A DNA stretch of 64,000 bases from Coleofasciculus chthonoplastes F2-STO-03 (GTDB lineage Bacteria > Cyanobacteriota > Cyanobacteriia > Cyanobacteriales > Coleofasciculaceae): the NCBI GenBank assembly GCA_040222015.1, contig JAVJWO010000195.1:64001-128000 (forward strand). The letters are read 5' to 3'. A program made the translations under genes and the position numbers. Below, piece by piece: positions 18,401 to 28,445 of the stretch (position 1 is its first letter; the number at the start of each line of letters is the position of its first letter). The notes below the pieces were generated by a model. It did not search any database. It was not told the DNA's origin and saw only the letters and a list, made by a program, of their open reading frames with translations.

Positions 18401-21400
18401 TTAATCATCCTCTTCATCCAACATAATCGTATCTTCGTGAAACACGCCAGTCTCTTGTTCCGCGCCCGCTTCTAACTGTTCCTCTTCAGTTTCCGACTCG
18501 GATAATTCCCACTTATTCACTTGGGCTGTCTCCCCAGCATACTGCTCTGTATCCGACACAGACGGGTATTGTCCCATCTCGTCCAATTGCTGCGTATCGC
18601 CACTATACTGCTCTGTATCCGAAACCGGGGCTTCAGTTACCCACTCATCCACTTGGGCTGTCTCCCCAGCATACTGATCCGTTTCCGACACTGTAGCTTG
18701 GGCATTTAACCGCTCACGGTCAAACTGTTCAGTTTCCCCATCATAGCGATCGCTTCCTTGCGAGTAAATGGTTGGTAACATGAGTTCCCCTTCGGCACTC
18801 TCAATGAAAATCATCGGATCATCTTCAAACAAATGCTCCTCTTCGATAGTTTTCACGAAGGGAGAGACAACCAAAGATTGGTAATAGGACTGAAACTCGT
18901 CCCAGGAAAAGAACGCTCCACTTTTAACCGCAAACTGTTGATTCGGTTCATCTAACTGGGCATCTACTAAACAAGCATTGGTTAAATTCGCTGACGTTAA
19001 ATTAGCACCCCGCAAATCTGCCCCCAATAAATTCGCCCCTTCTAACTGCGCCCCTTTGAGATCCGCATCCGCTAAATTTGCCCCAACTAAACTTGCCCAG
19101 GCTAAATTTGCCTGTTGTAAATTAGCCGCCGCTAAGTTAATCCCACTTAACTCAGCCGTCGATAAATCGGCATGGACAAGATTCGCCTCTGCCAGCATTA
19201 CCCGATTTAAACAAGCTTGGGGTAAATGAATCTGCGCCAAACTTCCTCTCGCCCGTTGCCAAAATGTGGTAGGAGATAGGGCAACGGTACGACCCATAAA
19301 ACTTAACAATTGATCGGCATCAAATTCCTGGGGAATCTCTGGGTTGCCACAGGGCCAGAAGGGGAGATTGGCTTCTCTGGTGGCTGAACAGAGGACTAAA
19401 AAGACATTTAATCCCACGGTGGCATCAATTTGTAACGTATTCAAGGGATTATTCAGATCCCGCAACTGTTCGTGAACCCGATGAGCCACCCCTTCATCAA
19501 ACCACCGTCCGCGACAGTAGGCGCGATAAAAGCGATAGAGTCGTTGAAATAATACCGGGAAGGAAAAGGCGTCCGCATTGCGCTGTTGCTCCCGTCGTAG
19601 TCTCTCAATTACCAATTCCTCAATTTGAGGAGACAACAAACCATACCCCAACAACTGATAAAGATGTTCAGCCAGATGGAGGGACGAATCAATCACAAAC
19701 GAGACTTCCCCATACGGGTTGGGCAGCTTTTGCGTTAATGCCTTCAGTTGCAGGGCAATTTCTTCGGCAGCTAAATAGTCTCCTAAACTAGGGTGAGAAA
19801 ACTCAATGGAGAGGGGTGCTGATGCCGCTTTCTGGGACGCAAATGATTGGCGCGGTGAGGACTTCATCCAGTCTCCGGCTTTATCTCTGGGCTGGGTGCG
19901 GAAAAAGAACGTGGGTAGGGGTTGGGTAAAGGAATCCGTCGTCGTTTCTTGATTCTGGAACCGATTCTGGATTACCGTTTGTGTCACTTGATTCTGACCC
20001 GTCTGCAAAATCGTCAGGGCTGTCCCCTGCATTTGACGGCGTAACTTTTGCGGGGAACGTCCTTCCAAGAGATTCGCGATCGCTTCTAGAGAACGCCCTG
20101 CATGGGACAACCCTTCGCGAATTAACTCCAAGGGCGGTCCACTCCCGCTCGTCGGTTCACCTAGCAACCAGCGACATATCCGGTCATAGATTTCAAACTT
20201 AACCTCAGCCGGACTCATTTTAAAGATGCGATCGTCAATTAAGGCATCTCGATGTAAAATGCCCACCAAATACAGCATCAGGGGACGAGTCAGCAGCGCC
20301 ACTAAGTCGGGATGGGGAGATTGCGGCTGAAACACACCACCATGTTTTAAGAAATTAAAATACGACTGAGCAATGGATTTAGATTGCAGTTTCGCCCACT
20401 GGAGAAACCACTTGCGGAATTCCTCCTTCGCCATCGGTTCAATAGCAATCCGTTGGAGTCGGCTTTGTAGCGGCGGTAGACTACTATGGCGATATTTACG
20501 CGCCAACACGCCATCCAAAGTAACCGGGCGACTGGTAAGGATAATCTTGTGGCGAGGCGAATTTGACCCGCTCTTCTGAGTATGAAATCGCATCACCTGA
20601 TCCATAAATGTCCACAAGTGACGCTCCGTCTGGGGAGAACGGGGCAATTCATTCAAACCATCTAAAATCAGCAAACAAGGGGGGGAACTGCGAGAGAACC
20701 ACCCGTCTGTATCCGTGAACCGTCCCACCGGGAAGGCTGTCTCCAAGGTTTGCTCCAAGGTTTGACCTAACGTCACATCCCGCAGGCGAATAATCACAGG
20801 CATCCACTGGGGATACAGCTCTTGCGCTACCCGTGCAGCTAACATCTGACAGAAACTGGTCTTACCACAGCCACCATCGGCTTCAATCACCGCAATACTG
20901 TTTTTATCATTCAGTTGAGACATCACCCATGCCATTAAATCCGTCGGTGGCGAGGAAGCAGCGGCGAGATAGGCAGGGTCAAGATCGTTTTGGCGGCGTC
21001 GTTCCCGGTTTTCTTGTCCCAGGGTGGTAGGGAGGCGTCTGCCGTTCAGGGACACGTAGATTTCCTTGAGGGAAAAGGGTTCCGCAAATAAGGGTTCGCT
21101 TAAGGATCGGGAAAGTTCCGCCCGATAATATTCCCGATCCAAATCCAGGGTCAATTGGGGCGTGGAAAACTCTTCCTCCTCATCCTCTTCTGGAGGGGTG
21201 GTGAGGGTGTTACTTAAATGACCCAACCGGACAAACTTTTGTAGTTGTGCCAAGGGTAGCGCATTTTCGGCAATCACCTTGAGTAAATGACCCGCGAGTC
21301 CATTACTCAACCGTTGGGTTAATAACTTCGCTTCCGTTTCCTCCGCCCCATTCGCCACAAACCAGGCGATCGCTAAATTATTCATCTGCTGCACCAGAAA

Positions 21401-21895
21401 GGAATTCGCTACAGATGACAGGGCTTGTTCGGCTTGGGAATCACTGAGACGTCCCGGACGCAGGGTTTTCAGCAAGGCAATCAATTGGGGATCAACCAGA
21501 GGTTCCTCAGCATTCGGTGACGCCGGAACTTGGGCGCGATTCACCCAAGGTCTTCGCAGTTGGGCTTCTTGGGCTAAAAGTCCTTGTAAAGCGTTCAGAT
21601 ACGCCACCTGAAAACTCAGCCAGGTGCCTTCACTCCGGCGTAAGGGCTTCTTGCGACTCAAAATCCGCAGCAACCCCACCGTTAACTGAGACAAAATCGG
21701 CGCGACTTGCCAAGCGACAGTTAACGGTAACTCCAACACTTCGGTCAAGACACTAATCGCAAAGGGATTCAGACTCTTAACCTCCATGTCTTGGGCAATG
21801 CGAAACGCAATGCCCGCCAACTGGGCGTTATCCTGTCCCAGTTGGGCAAGTTCAATGTGGCGTTCTGCTAGCCAATTGCGAATGCTTAGGCTCAT
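18401..21895 (-). CDS. NACHT-like NTPase with pentapeptide repeats and an acidic repeat tail
   Basis: Walker A ADGGCGKTS, Walker B LLILDGLNE, ILTSRP, EFSHPSLGDYLAA, ANLxx repeats. Confidence 0.88.
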   Translation of the reverse strand: MSLSIRNWLAERHIELAQLGQDNAQLAGIAFRIAQDMEVKSLNPFAISVLTEVLELPLTVAWQVAPILSQLTVGLLRILSRKKPLRRSEGTWLSFQVAYLNALQGLLAQEAQLRRPWVNRAQVPASPNAEEPLVDPQLIALLKTLRPGRLSDSQAEQALSSVANSFLVQQMNNLAIAWFVANGAEETEAKLLTQRLSNGLAGHLLKVIAENALPLAQLQKFVRLGHLSNTLTTPPEEDEEEEFSTPQLTLDLDREYYRAELSRSLSEPLFAEPFSLKEIYVSLNGRRLPTTLGQENRERRRQNDLDPAYLAAASSPPTDLMAWVMSQLNDKNSIAVIEADGGCGKTSFCQMLAARVAQELYPQWMPVIIRLRDVTLGQTLEQTLETAFPVGRFTDTDGWFSRSSPPCLLILDGLNELPRSPQTERHLWTFMDQVMRFHTQKSGSNSPRHKIILTSRPVTLDGVLARKYRHSSLPPLQSRLQRIAIEPMAKEEFRKWFLQWAKLQSKSIAQSYFNFLKHGGVFQPQSPHPDLVALLTRPLMLYLVGILHRDALIDDRIFKMSPAEVKFEIYDRICRWLLGEPTSGSGPPLELIREGLSHAGRSLEAIANLLEGRSPQKLRRQMQGTALTILQTGQNQVTQTVIQNRFQNQETTTDSFTQPLPTFFFRTQPRDKAGDWMKSSPRQSFASQKAASAPLSIEFSHPSLGDYLAAEEIALQLKALTQKLPNPYGEVSFVIDSSLHLAEHLYQLLGYGLLSPQIEELVIERLRREQQRNADAFSFPVLFQRLYRFYRAYCRGRWFDEGVAHRVHEQLRDLNNPLNTLQIDATVGLNVFLVLCSATREANLPFWPCGNPEIPQEFDADQLLSFMGRTVALSPTTFWQRARGSLAQIHLPQACLNRVMLAEANLVHADLSTAELSGINLAAANLQQANLAWASLVGANLADADLKGAQLEGANLLGADLRGANLTSANLTNACLVDAQLDEPNQQFAVKSGAFFSWDEFQSYYQSLVVSPFVKTIEEEHLFEDDPMIFIESAEGELMLPTIYSQGSDRYDGETEQFDRERLNAQATVSETDQYAGETAQVDEWVTEAPVSDTEQYSGDTQQLDEMGQYPSVSDTEQYAGETAQVNKWELSESETEEEQLEAGAEQETGVFHEDTIMLDEEDD

Positions 21896-22039
21896 GCCAC
21901 CCTAACTACTCCAAAACGATTCCTCATCCTATTGTGGACTCTATTGAACTCAATACGAATCACCCAAATTTACGGTTGATTGGGAATACAATGATGCACA
22001 ATAAACGGTGAACAATGAATTATCAGTTGTTGTCTATCT

Positions 22040-23860
22040 GTGTCCAAACGAGACGTGCCCCGATTTCATCTCCATACTTCCCTGCCTGCTCGCAAACCTC
22101 GGGGACATAAGTTAGTCATCCGACTTGCAAGAGGCTCTAAGGCATCGAGTTTAGCAGAAACGGGACACTTAAACGCTAAAGTTGTCCGCAACAGGCGCTC
22201 AAACCCAGACCGCCAACGCCGCCAACGGGAGTTGTGGCGATGGTCATTGCTGTGGTTGATCATTGTGTCCGTTGTTGGCAGCATGGTTGTTGGTGGTACA
22301 TTATTACTCACCCGATTGCCACCTCCGGCAAATTGCCAACGCATTTCTCCTTTATCCACGGATAGCGAACGATTATACTGCGCTCAACTGGCTGCCCAAT
22401 CCGGAGAATTTGAGCAACTGCTAAACGCGATCGCGATCGTGCAATATTGGTCGCCTAACCATTCCCTATATCCCCAGGCGCAGCAACTGCTACGGGAATG
22501 GTCCGAGAGGGTGCTGCAATTTGCCCGGGAAACCCTGAATCAGGGAAACTATACCGATGCCCTGAAAATGGCGATGCAAATTCCGGTCAGTAGTCCCCTG
22601 TATCCCGAAGCTCAAGCCCAAATCGCCACCTGGAAACAGGAACGAATCGAGGCTCAGGCAATTGTCAGTCAAGTTCAAGATGCCCTGAAAGTGCAAAACT
22701 GGCAACAGGCAGCTAAGTTAATTAGCCAACTGTCACGCTTCAATGACCAATACTGGAGTGTATCCCGCTATGATACCCTGACCCAACAGTTGGCGGCGGA
22801 AAAACAGGCGTGGACGCAACTGCAAGAAGCACGAGATTTAGCCCAATCGAATCAATTGGCAAAGATCGAGCAAGCGATCGCTTTGGCTGCCAAGGTTGAT
22901 CCTAACAGCTATATTAAAGCCCAAGCTCAGAGTGATCTGTCGAATTGGAGTCGCACGTTACTTAAAATTGCTGCCACTCGCTTCCAAAATCAAGAGTATC
23001 AGGGGGTTATTGAGGTTGCTCAAGGAATTCCGATTAATACATCCCTGTATCAAGAGGCTCAAGATTGGTTACGTTTAGGGCAAGCTGGGAAACTGGTACA
23101 ACAAAACACCATTCTTGCCTTCATCGACGCCTTAACTGCCGTTCGTCAACTGGATGACAACAGTCCGGTGCAGCCGTTAACCGCCGCCCAAGCCATTCAG
23201 TGGGAGGCTCAACTCCAAGATCGCCTCCAGTTACGCCTTGCCCAAATGACTGCCAGCTTTGAGCAACGCCCCTTGCTACAGATGGCAATCGACCAAGCTA
23301 CTCTCATCACACCCGATCGCCCCCAGCGTATCGAAGCACAGACACACATTGCCCAATGGCGCAAACAAATTCAACATATCGACGATCGCAATACCCTCAG
23401 AACTGCCCAACAGCTTGCCGCAGGTGGCACCATTGATCAATTAAACGCCGCCGTCACCCAAGCCCGTAAAATTGAGCCAGGTCAACCCCTACGCCCCGAA
23501 GCCCAAACTTCGATCACCCAATGGAATCGTCAAATCGAAACCCTAGAAGATCAACCCATCCTCGACTTAGCCCGCGCCTTCGCCCAACGCCGGGATTTAA
23601 TCGCCGCCATTTCCACCGCCAATCAGATTCGTCCAGGTCGAATGCTGTATGCTGAAGCTCAAAGCGCGATCGCCCAATGGGTTGCCCAAATTCAAACTGC
23701 CCAAGATCGTCCCATCCTAGAAGCCGCCGCCGCCCTAGCCGCCCAAGGACGATTTGACGCCGCCATAGCCACCGCTGCCCAGATTACCCCAGAACGGGCG
23801 CTTTACCAACAAGCCCAAGCTGCAATTAGTCAGTGGCAATTCCAACAGAATGGAGGGTAG
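22040..23860 (+). CDS. Membrane-anchored helical-repeat hypothetical protein
   Basis: One TM segment, RLYCAQLAA motif, repeated AIxxAxxIxPxxxLYxxAQxxIxQW units. Confidence 0.8.
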   Translation: MSKRDVPRFHLHTSLPARKPRGHKLVIRLARGSKASSLAETGHLNAKVVRNRRSNPDRQRRQRELWRWSLLWLIIVSVVGSMVVGGTLLLTRLPPPANCQRISPLSTDSERLYCAQLAAQSGEFEQLLNAIAIVQYWSPNHSLYPQAQQLLREWSERVLQFARETLNQGNYTDALKMAMQIPVSSPLYPEAQAQIATWKQERIEAQAIVSQVQDALKVQNWQQAAKLISQLSRFNDQYWSVSRYDTLTQQLAAEKQAWTQLQEARDLAQSNQLAKIEQAIALAAKVDPNSYIKAQAQSDLSNWSRTLLKIAATRFQNQEYQGVIEVAQGIPINTSLYQEAQDWLRLGQAGKLVQQNTILAFIDALTAVRQLDDNSPVQPLTAAQAIQWEAQLQDRLQLRLAQMTASFEQRPLLQMAIDQATLITPDRPQRIEAQTHIAQWRKQIQHIDDRNTLRTAQQLAAGGTIDQLNAAVTQARKIEPGQPLRPEAQTSITQWNRQIETLEDQPILDLARAFAQRRDLIAAISTANQIRPGRMLYAEAQSAIAQWVAQIQTAQDRPILEAAAALAAQGRFDAAIATAAQITPERALYQQAQAAISQWQFQQNGG

Positions 23861-23861
23861 A

Positions 23862-24250
23862 AGATGGGGAGATGGGGAAGCAGGGGAAGCAGGGGGAGCA
23901 GGGGAAGCAGGGGAGATAGGGGAGATAGGGAAGATGGGGAAGCTGGGGAAGCTGGGGAAGATGGGGAAGATGGGGAAGATGGGGAAGATGGGGAAGATGG
24001 GGAAGATGGGGAAGGTAAATGATCCATGACTAGAAAAGGGTTTTATGTGTAGGGGCGGGTTTCACTACTATCATTTTTTTGTTCACCCTAATGTCACTAA
24101 ACCCGCCCTGTCTAAATGAAGAATGACAAATGACGAATGACAAATGACGAATGACAAATGACGAATGACAAATGACGAATGACAAATGACAAATGACGAA
24201 TAACGAATGACGAATGACAAATGACGAATAACGAATGACAAATGACGAAT
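23862..24250. repeat. Composite repeat block: 9-mer array, REP palindrome and (CAAATGA/CGAATGA)n array
   Basis: Directly visible. Confidence 0.95.
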
Positions 24251-25990
24251 CAATCCACTCAAATCCTACTTATTGACGATGACCCAATTTTCCGATTAGG
24301 TTTAGTCACTGCCCTGGAAGCCTTTGCTGATTTAGATATCGTGGCTGAAGTTGATACAGCAACGGTGGCATTGGAACGCCTAACCACCTTACTACCCCAA
24401 GAACAGGTTAATTTAATTATCTTAGACTTGGCACTAGGGCGATCGCTCGGCAGTCCCCTAACCGGACTATCCTTGTGCCAGCAACTTAAGACGGATTATC
24501 CCAATCTGTCCATCTTACTGCTAACCGCCCCATCTGAATTCAACCAACTCACTGCCGCCAAACGCTTGGGCGTGGAAGGGTACTGTGCTAAAGGATGTGC
24601 TATCACCTTAATTGTGGAAGCCATTCGACAAGTTAAAGCGGGTGAATCCTATTGGCAGATGTTACCTACCCCTGCCAATTCATTACCTCCTCCCCGTTGG
24701 CATACTCAATTACGACAGTCAGGATTACAACAAATTGAAGCGGCTTTAAAACAGGTAACGGCACAACTTCAACAGGGTAATTTATCCCGCCTAGATTGGT
24801 TATTTTGGACGGGACGCCGCCGAGAGTTATTGACAGCCCGTTGGCTGGTGAATCAGCTATTACCTATAGATTCCGGACTTGTCCCCTCTAATAATAGTAA
24901 TAGCCCTGCTGAACCTTTACCCCTTTTAAACCCTTCATCGTCTCGTCCTCCTGTCTCCCAAAATCGTCTGCGTCAATCCCCCACCAGTGCCTTATCCAAA
25001 ACCTCCTCTGAGGCGTTGCAGTTTCAACCGTCCACACCCCAGGCGGTGACGTTGACCAAACTGGATTCTAGTTTGGCAAATTTGACGAATACTCCCTTGG
25101 AAATCGATATTCTGCAAGTGGAGAGACGCCGGGAATTACTGCGTACTGTCTTATACAAGTTCGAGGAAATGCTGGATGCTTTGCGCTTTTCCCAGGTGAC
25201 GATGGAGCAATTGACCCAGAAGCGATCGCGCTTATTACATGATTTATGGCAGGTTTCTCTAACTGACTTTTTTGGTCAATACTCAACCTTAGTTATCGGC
25301 AATCAAACCATCGAAATGGTTGAGATTTTGCGGCAAGATCGGGATGTAGTGCAAACGGCTATTTTGGATAAAATTCCTTTGGTAATTGAGGTGTTAGAAA
25401 ATCGCCTTTTTGAAGCACCCTTGATGATTGATAATGTATCCTATCCTGCACATACGCCTGAAGCAATGGCGCGAGCAGAATTATTGTTACAGAATCTAAT
25501 CATTCAAGTTGCTAATGGGGTAATTCAACCCCTGCTAAACGAATTTTCTGATATTGAAATTGTTAAACATAATTTTTATGACAAACGATTAATATCCTCA
25601 CGAGAAATTACCAGATTTAGAAATAATTTATCCTGGAAATATCGGCGGAACCAATATATCGATGAACCCCAAGCAATTTTTGAAAGTCGCTATGATTTAT
25701 TTGTTTTGAGCGATATTGGCATCAAAAAAGTCGCCATTTATTCCCCTAGACGCCAAGAATTAGAACAACTACAGGGTACTCAACTAGCCGTCACCATCGC
25801 CTATGAACTTCGGGATGCGATCGCGCCGCGTTTACGGGGAACAGTCGCCTGGGTTGGTAAAGGTGTGGTTTATGTGTTGACGCAAGTCTTAGGGCGAGGA
25901 ATTGGTTTAATTCTACGGGGCGTTATTCAAGGCGTGGGTAGCGCATGGCAAGATACATGGTTTGGTAAAAATGGGGAACGGGGGAAGTAA
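24242..25990 (+). CDS. Receiver-domain plus DUF3685 (Ycf55-like) protein
   Basis: ILLIDDDPIFRLG receiver N-terminus; STRE-like SSREITRFRNNLSW and ELRDAIAPRL C-domain. Confidence 0.85.
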   Translation: MTNQSTQILLIDDDPIFRLGLVTALEAFADLDIVAEVDTATVALERLTTLLPQEQVNLIILDLALGRSLGSPLTGLSLCQQLKTDYPNLSILLLTAPSEFNQLTAAKRLGVEGYCAKGCAITLIVEAIRQVKAGESYWQMLPTPANSLPPPRWHTQLRQSGLQQIEAALKQVTAQLQQGNLSRLDWLFWTGRRRELLTARWLVNQLLPIDSGLVPSNNSNSPAEPLPLLNPSSSRPPVSQNRLRQSPTSALSKTSSEALQFQPSTPQAVTLTKLDSSLANLTNTPLEIDILQVERRRELLRTVLYKFEEMLDALRFSQVTMEQLTQKRSRLLHDLWQVSLTDFFGQYSTLVIGNQTIEMVEILRQDRDVVQTAILDKIPLVIEVLENRLFEAPLMIDNVSYPAHTPEAMARAELLLQNLIIQVANGVIQPLLNEFSDIEIVKHNFYDKRLISSREITRFRNNLSWKYRRNQYIDEPQAIFESRYDLFVLSDIGIKKVAIYSPRRQELEQLQGTQLAVTIAYELRDAIAPRLRGTVAWVGKGVVYVLTQVLGRGIGLILRGVIQGVGSAWQDTWFGKNGERGK

Positions 25991-26097
25991 TAGTAATTAT
26001 GGGTATTCAAGCGAACATGATATTAAACCTTATTTGAATCATGGCAAAATTATTGTAGTGCGAGCATCTTGCTCGCTACTACAACATAGAGGCGGAT

Positions 26098-27516
26098 GTG
26101 AACTACTCAGGCTTACTTCGTTGAAGCCTGAGCTTCTGACTTCACTGGGGATTGCGTCAGCTTAGTACAGACGCGCCATGGCGCGTCTCTACGCCCAAGC
26201 TTCGGTCTCACATCCCCTCTATCAGCAGCAGTCCCAGTCCCTGAGACCGATAAAATTCTGATACCCTCTGCTCTAATGTTTATTGAGGCATTGCCGTCTC
26301 TATCATGATGAGTGCCGCAGCTAGGACAAGTCCAACTCCTAACCTCCAAGGGCATCTCGTCTACCTGATAATGACAGTTTGAGCAGAGTTTAGAGCTAGG
26401 AAACCATCGGTCAATCTCTACCAGTACCTTGCCCTCTTTTTCGAGTTTGTACGATAGAAAATTGACAAACATTCCCCAGCCTACATCAGAAATAGATGCA
26501 GCTAGTTTGTGGTTCCGAACCATGCCTTTAGTATTTAGACTTTCGACTACAATGACTTGGTTTTCGTCAACAAGCTTTCTCGATAGCTTATGTAAGTAGT
26601 CTTGGCGGACATTTGATACTCGTTCGTGAACCCTAGCTACCAGTTTTCTGGCTTTATTTCGTGACTTGCTTCCTTTCTCCTTTCTGTCTAATTTCCGTTG
26701 CTTCCGTTTGAGGTTGCGCTCGTGTTTGACTAAATGCTTGGGGTTAGCAAACTTAGAGGTTTTGACTCCATCATTAACAATGGCAAAGTCCTTCAGCCCT
26801 AAATCAATCCCGGCTACTTTGCCATCGGTGCTAACCGGTGGGCTATCCCCTTCTACCTCGGTCAAGACGGATGCAAAATACTTACCCGATGGGGTCATGC
26901 TGACTGTTACCGTCTTGATAGTTCCTTCAATTGGTCGGTGTATTTTAGCTTTGACTATGCCGACGCGACCGGGAAACTTGAGGCAATCATCAATAACCTT
27001 AACCGATTGGGGATACTGTATGGACTGCTTATTCCTCTTGGCTTTAAACCTTGGGTATCTAGCTCTACCCTCGAAAAAGTTTTTATAGGCAGTTACTAGG
27101 TTGAGTGTAGTAGCCTGTAATACTTGAGAATAGCACTCAGCCAACCATTCTGTTTTCTCCTGTTTTTTAAGTTGAGGAAGGAAGGCGTTTAGTGCTGAAC
27201 GTGTCAAGCCTTTACCCGTTGCCTGATAGGTTTCAATGGACAAATTGAGTGCATAATTCCACCACCAACGGCTACAGCCAAAGTGTTGAGCTAATACCAC
27301 TTGTTGTTCAATTGTCGGATATAGCCTGACAATGACTGCTTGATGTCGCATCGCTTTCACCTTATCTTACCACTATATACTATTTAGGGTAAGCTGGTCG
27401 GGAAGATGGGAAATTTCGTTCCTCAAATTTAACCCTGAGCGGAGTCGAAGGGTTCCCGCTGTCCATCCTCACCCTACTATCGTTGAGGGTGAGGACTTCC
27501 GCGACTACGTTAAGAT
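26098..27516 (-). mobile_element. IS200/IS605-family tnpB-only element
   Basis: Right end GAAG-CTCAGGCTT..AAGCCTGAG-TAGT-TCAC; left end GCAC|17 nt-GAAG-TCCTCACCCT..AGGGTGAGGA hairpin. Confidence 0.8.
26113..27360 (-). CDS. tnpB: RNA-guided endonuclease TnpB
   Basis: RLYPT, GIDLG, VVESL, CSNC..CPSC, DRDGNA. Confidence 0.95.
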   Translation of the reverse strand: MKAMRHQAVIVRLYPTIEQQVVLAQHFGCSRWWWNYALNLSIETYQATGKGLTRSALNAFLPQLKKQEKTEWLAECYSQVLQATTLNLVTAYKNFFEGRARYPRFKAKRNKQSIQYPQSVKVIDDCLKFPGRVGIVKAKIHRPIEGTIKTVTVSMTPSGKYFASVLTEVEGDSPPVSTDGKVAGIDLGLKDFAIVNDGVKTSKFANPKHLVKHERNLKRKQRKLDRKEKGSKSRNKARKLVARVHERVSNVRQDYLHKLSRKLVDENQVIVVESLNTKGMVRNHKLAASISDVGWGMFVNFLSYKLEKEGKVLVEIDRWFPSSKLCSNCHYQVDEMPLEVRSWTCPSCGTHHDRDGNASINIRAEGIRILSVSGTGTAADRGDVRPKLGRRDAPWRVCTKLTQSPVKSEAQASTK

Positions 27517-27535
27517 GTGCCTGGATCAGACTCCC

Positions 27536-27624
27536 AGGACTTACGCAGGTACACCACATATCGTGGCAATGGTGCGTTACGCTACGCTAACGCACCCTAC
27601 AGATAGAGGTGTTGCGTAAGTCCT
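27536..27624. mobile_element. MITE with AGGACTTACGCA inverted ends containing a REP-like palindrome
   Basis: AGGACTTACGCA ... TGCGTAAGTCCT; internal GGTGCGTTA..TAACGCACCCTAC. Confidence 0.75.
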
Positions 27625-27785
27625 AACTCCGTTACATAAGACTTACTCAAACTGGGCAATAGTGGTTAAAGGTGTCCAGCTTTTTAATTACAGCTAACCA
27701 CCCTTGAAATGGCTAAACTTGCCCCGATAAAGGCAGAATAGTTGGGCTTGCCCCGATATTTAGAGGCTGATTAATTGGAAACTCC

Positions 27786-28175
27786 TTAGGCTAAAGTTTC
27801 TGGGCAGTATCCTAGTCCCATGGTAAACTGTTGGCGAAACGCTTCAATATCAGTCTTGTCAGGGTTACCATGAGATACCACAGCGACTTGATAGCGACGC
27901 ATGACATCGATGGGAGATTGTCCGGTATCGAGGCTCCAAAACGCCATTTGCAAGCGCATGTCGGGTTGGAACGGAATTCCCAATTCGCGCATGAAGGCTT
28001 GGAAATCTCCATGTTGCTGAGGCGTGAGGGGATGGTTCATTTTAACTTTAATGACCCAGCCGTCAATTTGATGAATCACTGTTGTATATTGAACGGGAAG
28101 CTGGATCATGGAGTGGAGGTACTCAACCACTCGCAGTGTCAAACTCGCATTGGCTAAAAAATAAAGGTAATCCAT
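27786..28175 (-). CDS. Conserved cyanobacterial hypothetical protein
   Basis: MDYLYFLANASLTLRV...GLGYCPETLA, clean ORF. Confidence 0.8.
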   Translation of the reverse strand: MDYLYFLANASLTLRVVEYLHSMIQLPVQYTTVIHQIDGWVIKVKMNHPLTPQQHGDFQAFMRELGIPFQPDMRLQMAFWSLDTGQSPIDVMRRYQVAVVSHGNPDKTDIEAFRQQFTMGLGYCPETLA

Positions 28176-28445
28176 AGGGCAGCTAGGGGTGGAGTCCAGG
28201 GAAGTGCTATACCTTCATTCTGACAACGGGGATCAGGAATTGGTAGGGGAAAAGCCCCCGCTCTCAACTGGGGGATCATACCCAATTCCGTTATTTTAGT
28301 TCTTGGTCATCTGTCTTTGGGGATTAGTACCCGATGGCACAAGACAAGTCGCGGTATAGAGTAGAGCTAAAACCATGAACCGTTTATTACCTACCCAATT
28401 TATCAAAAATTGCTCATAAGCTGTACTTGATCCGAAGAACCACCC

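Noticed and set aside
27506..27516. TTAAC as the target site of the 26098-27516 element
   Set aside because: The GAAG guide and its spacing point to cleavage after GCAC, leaving TTAAC inside the left end.
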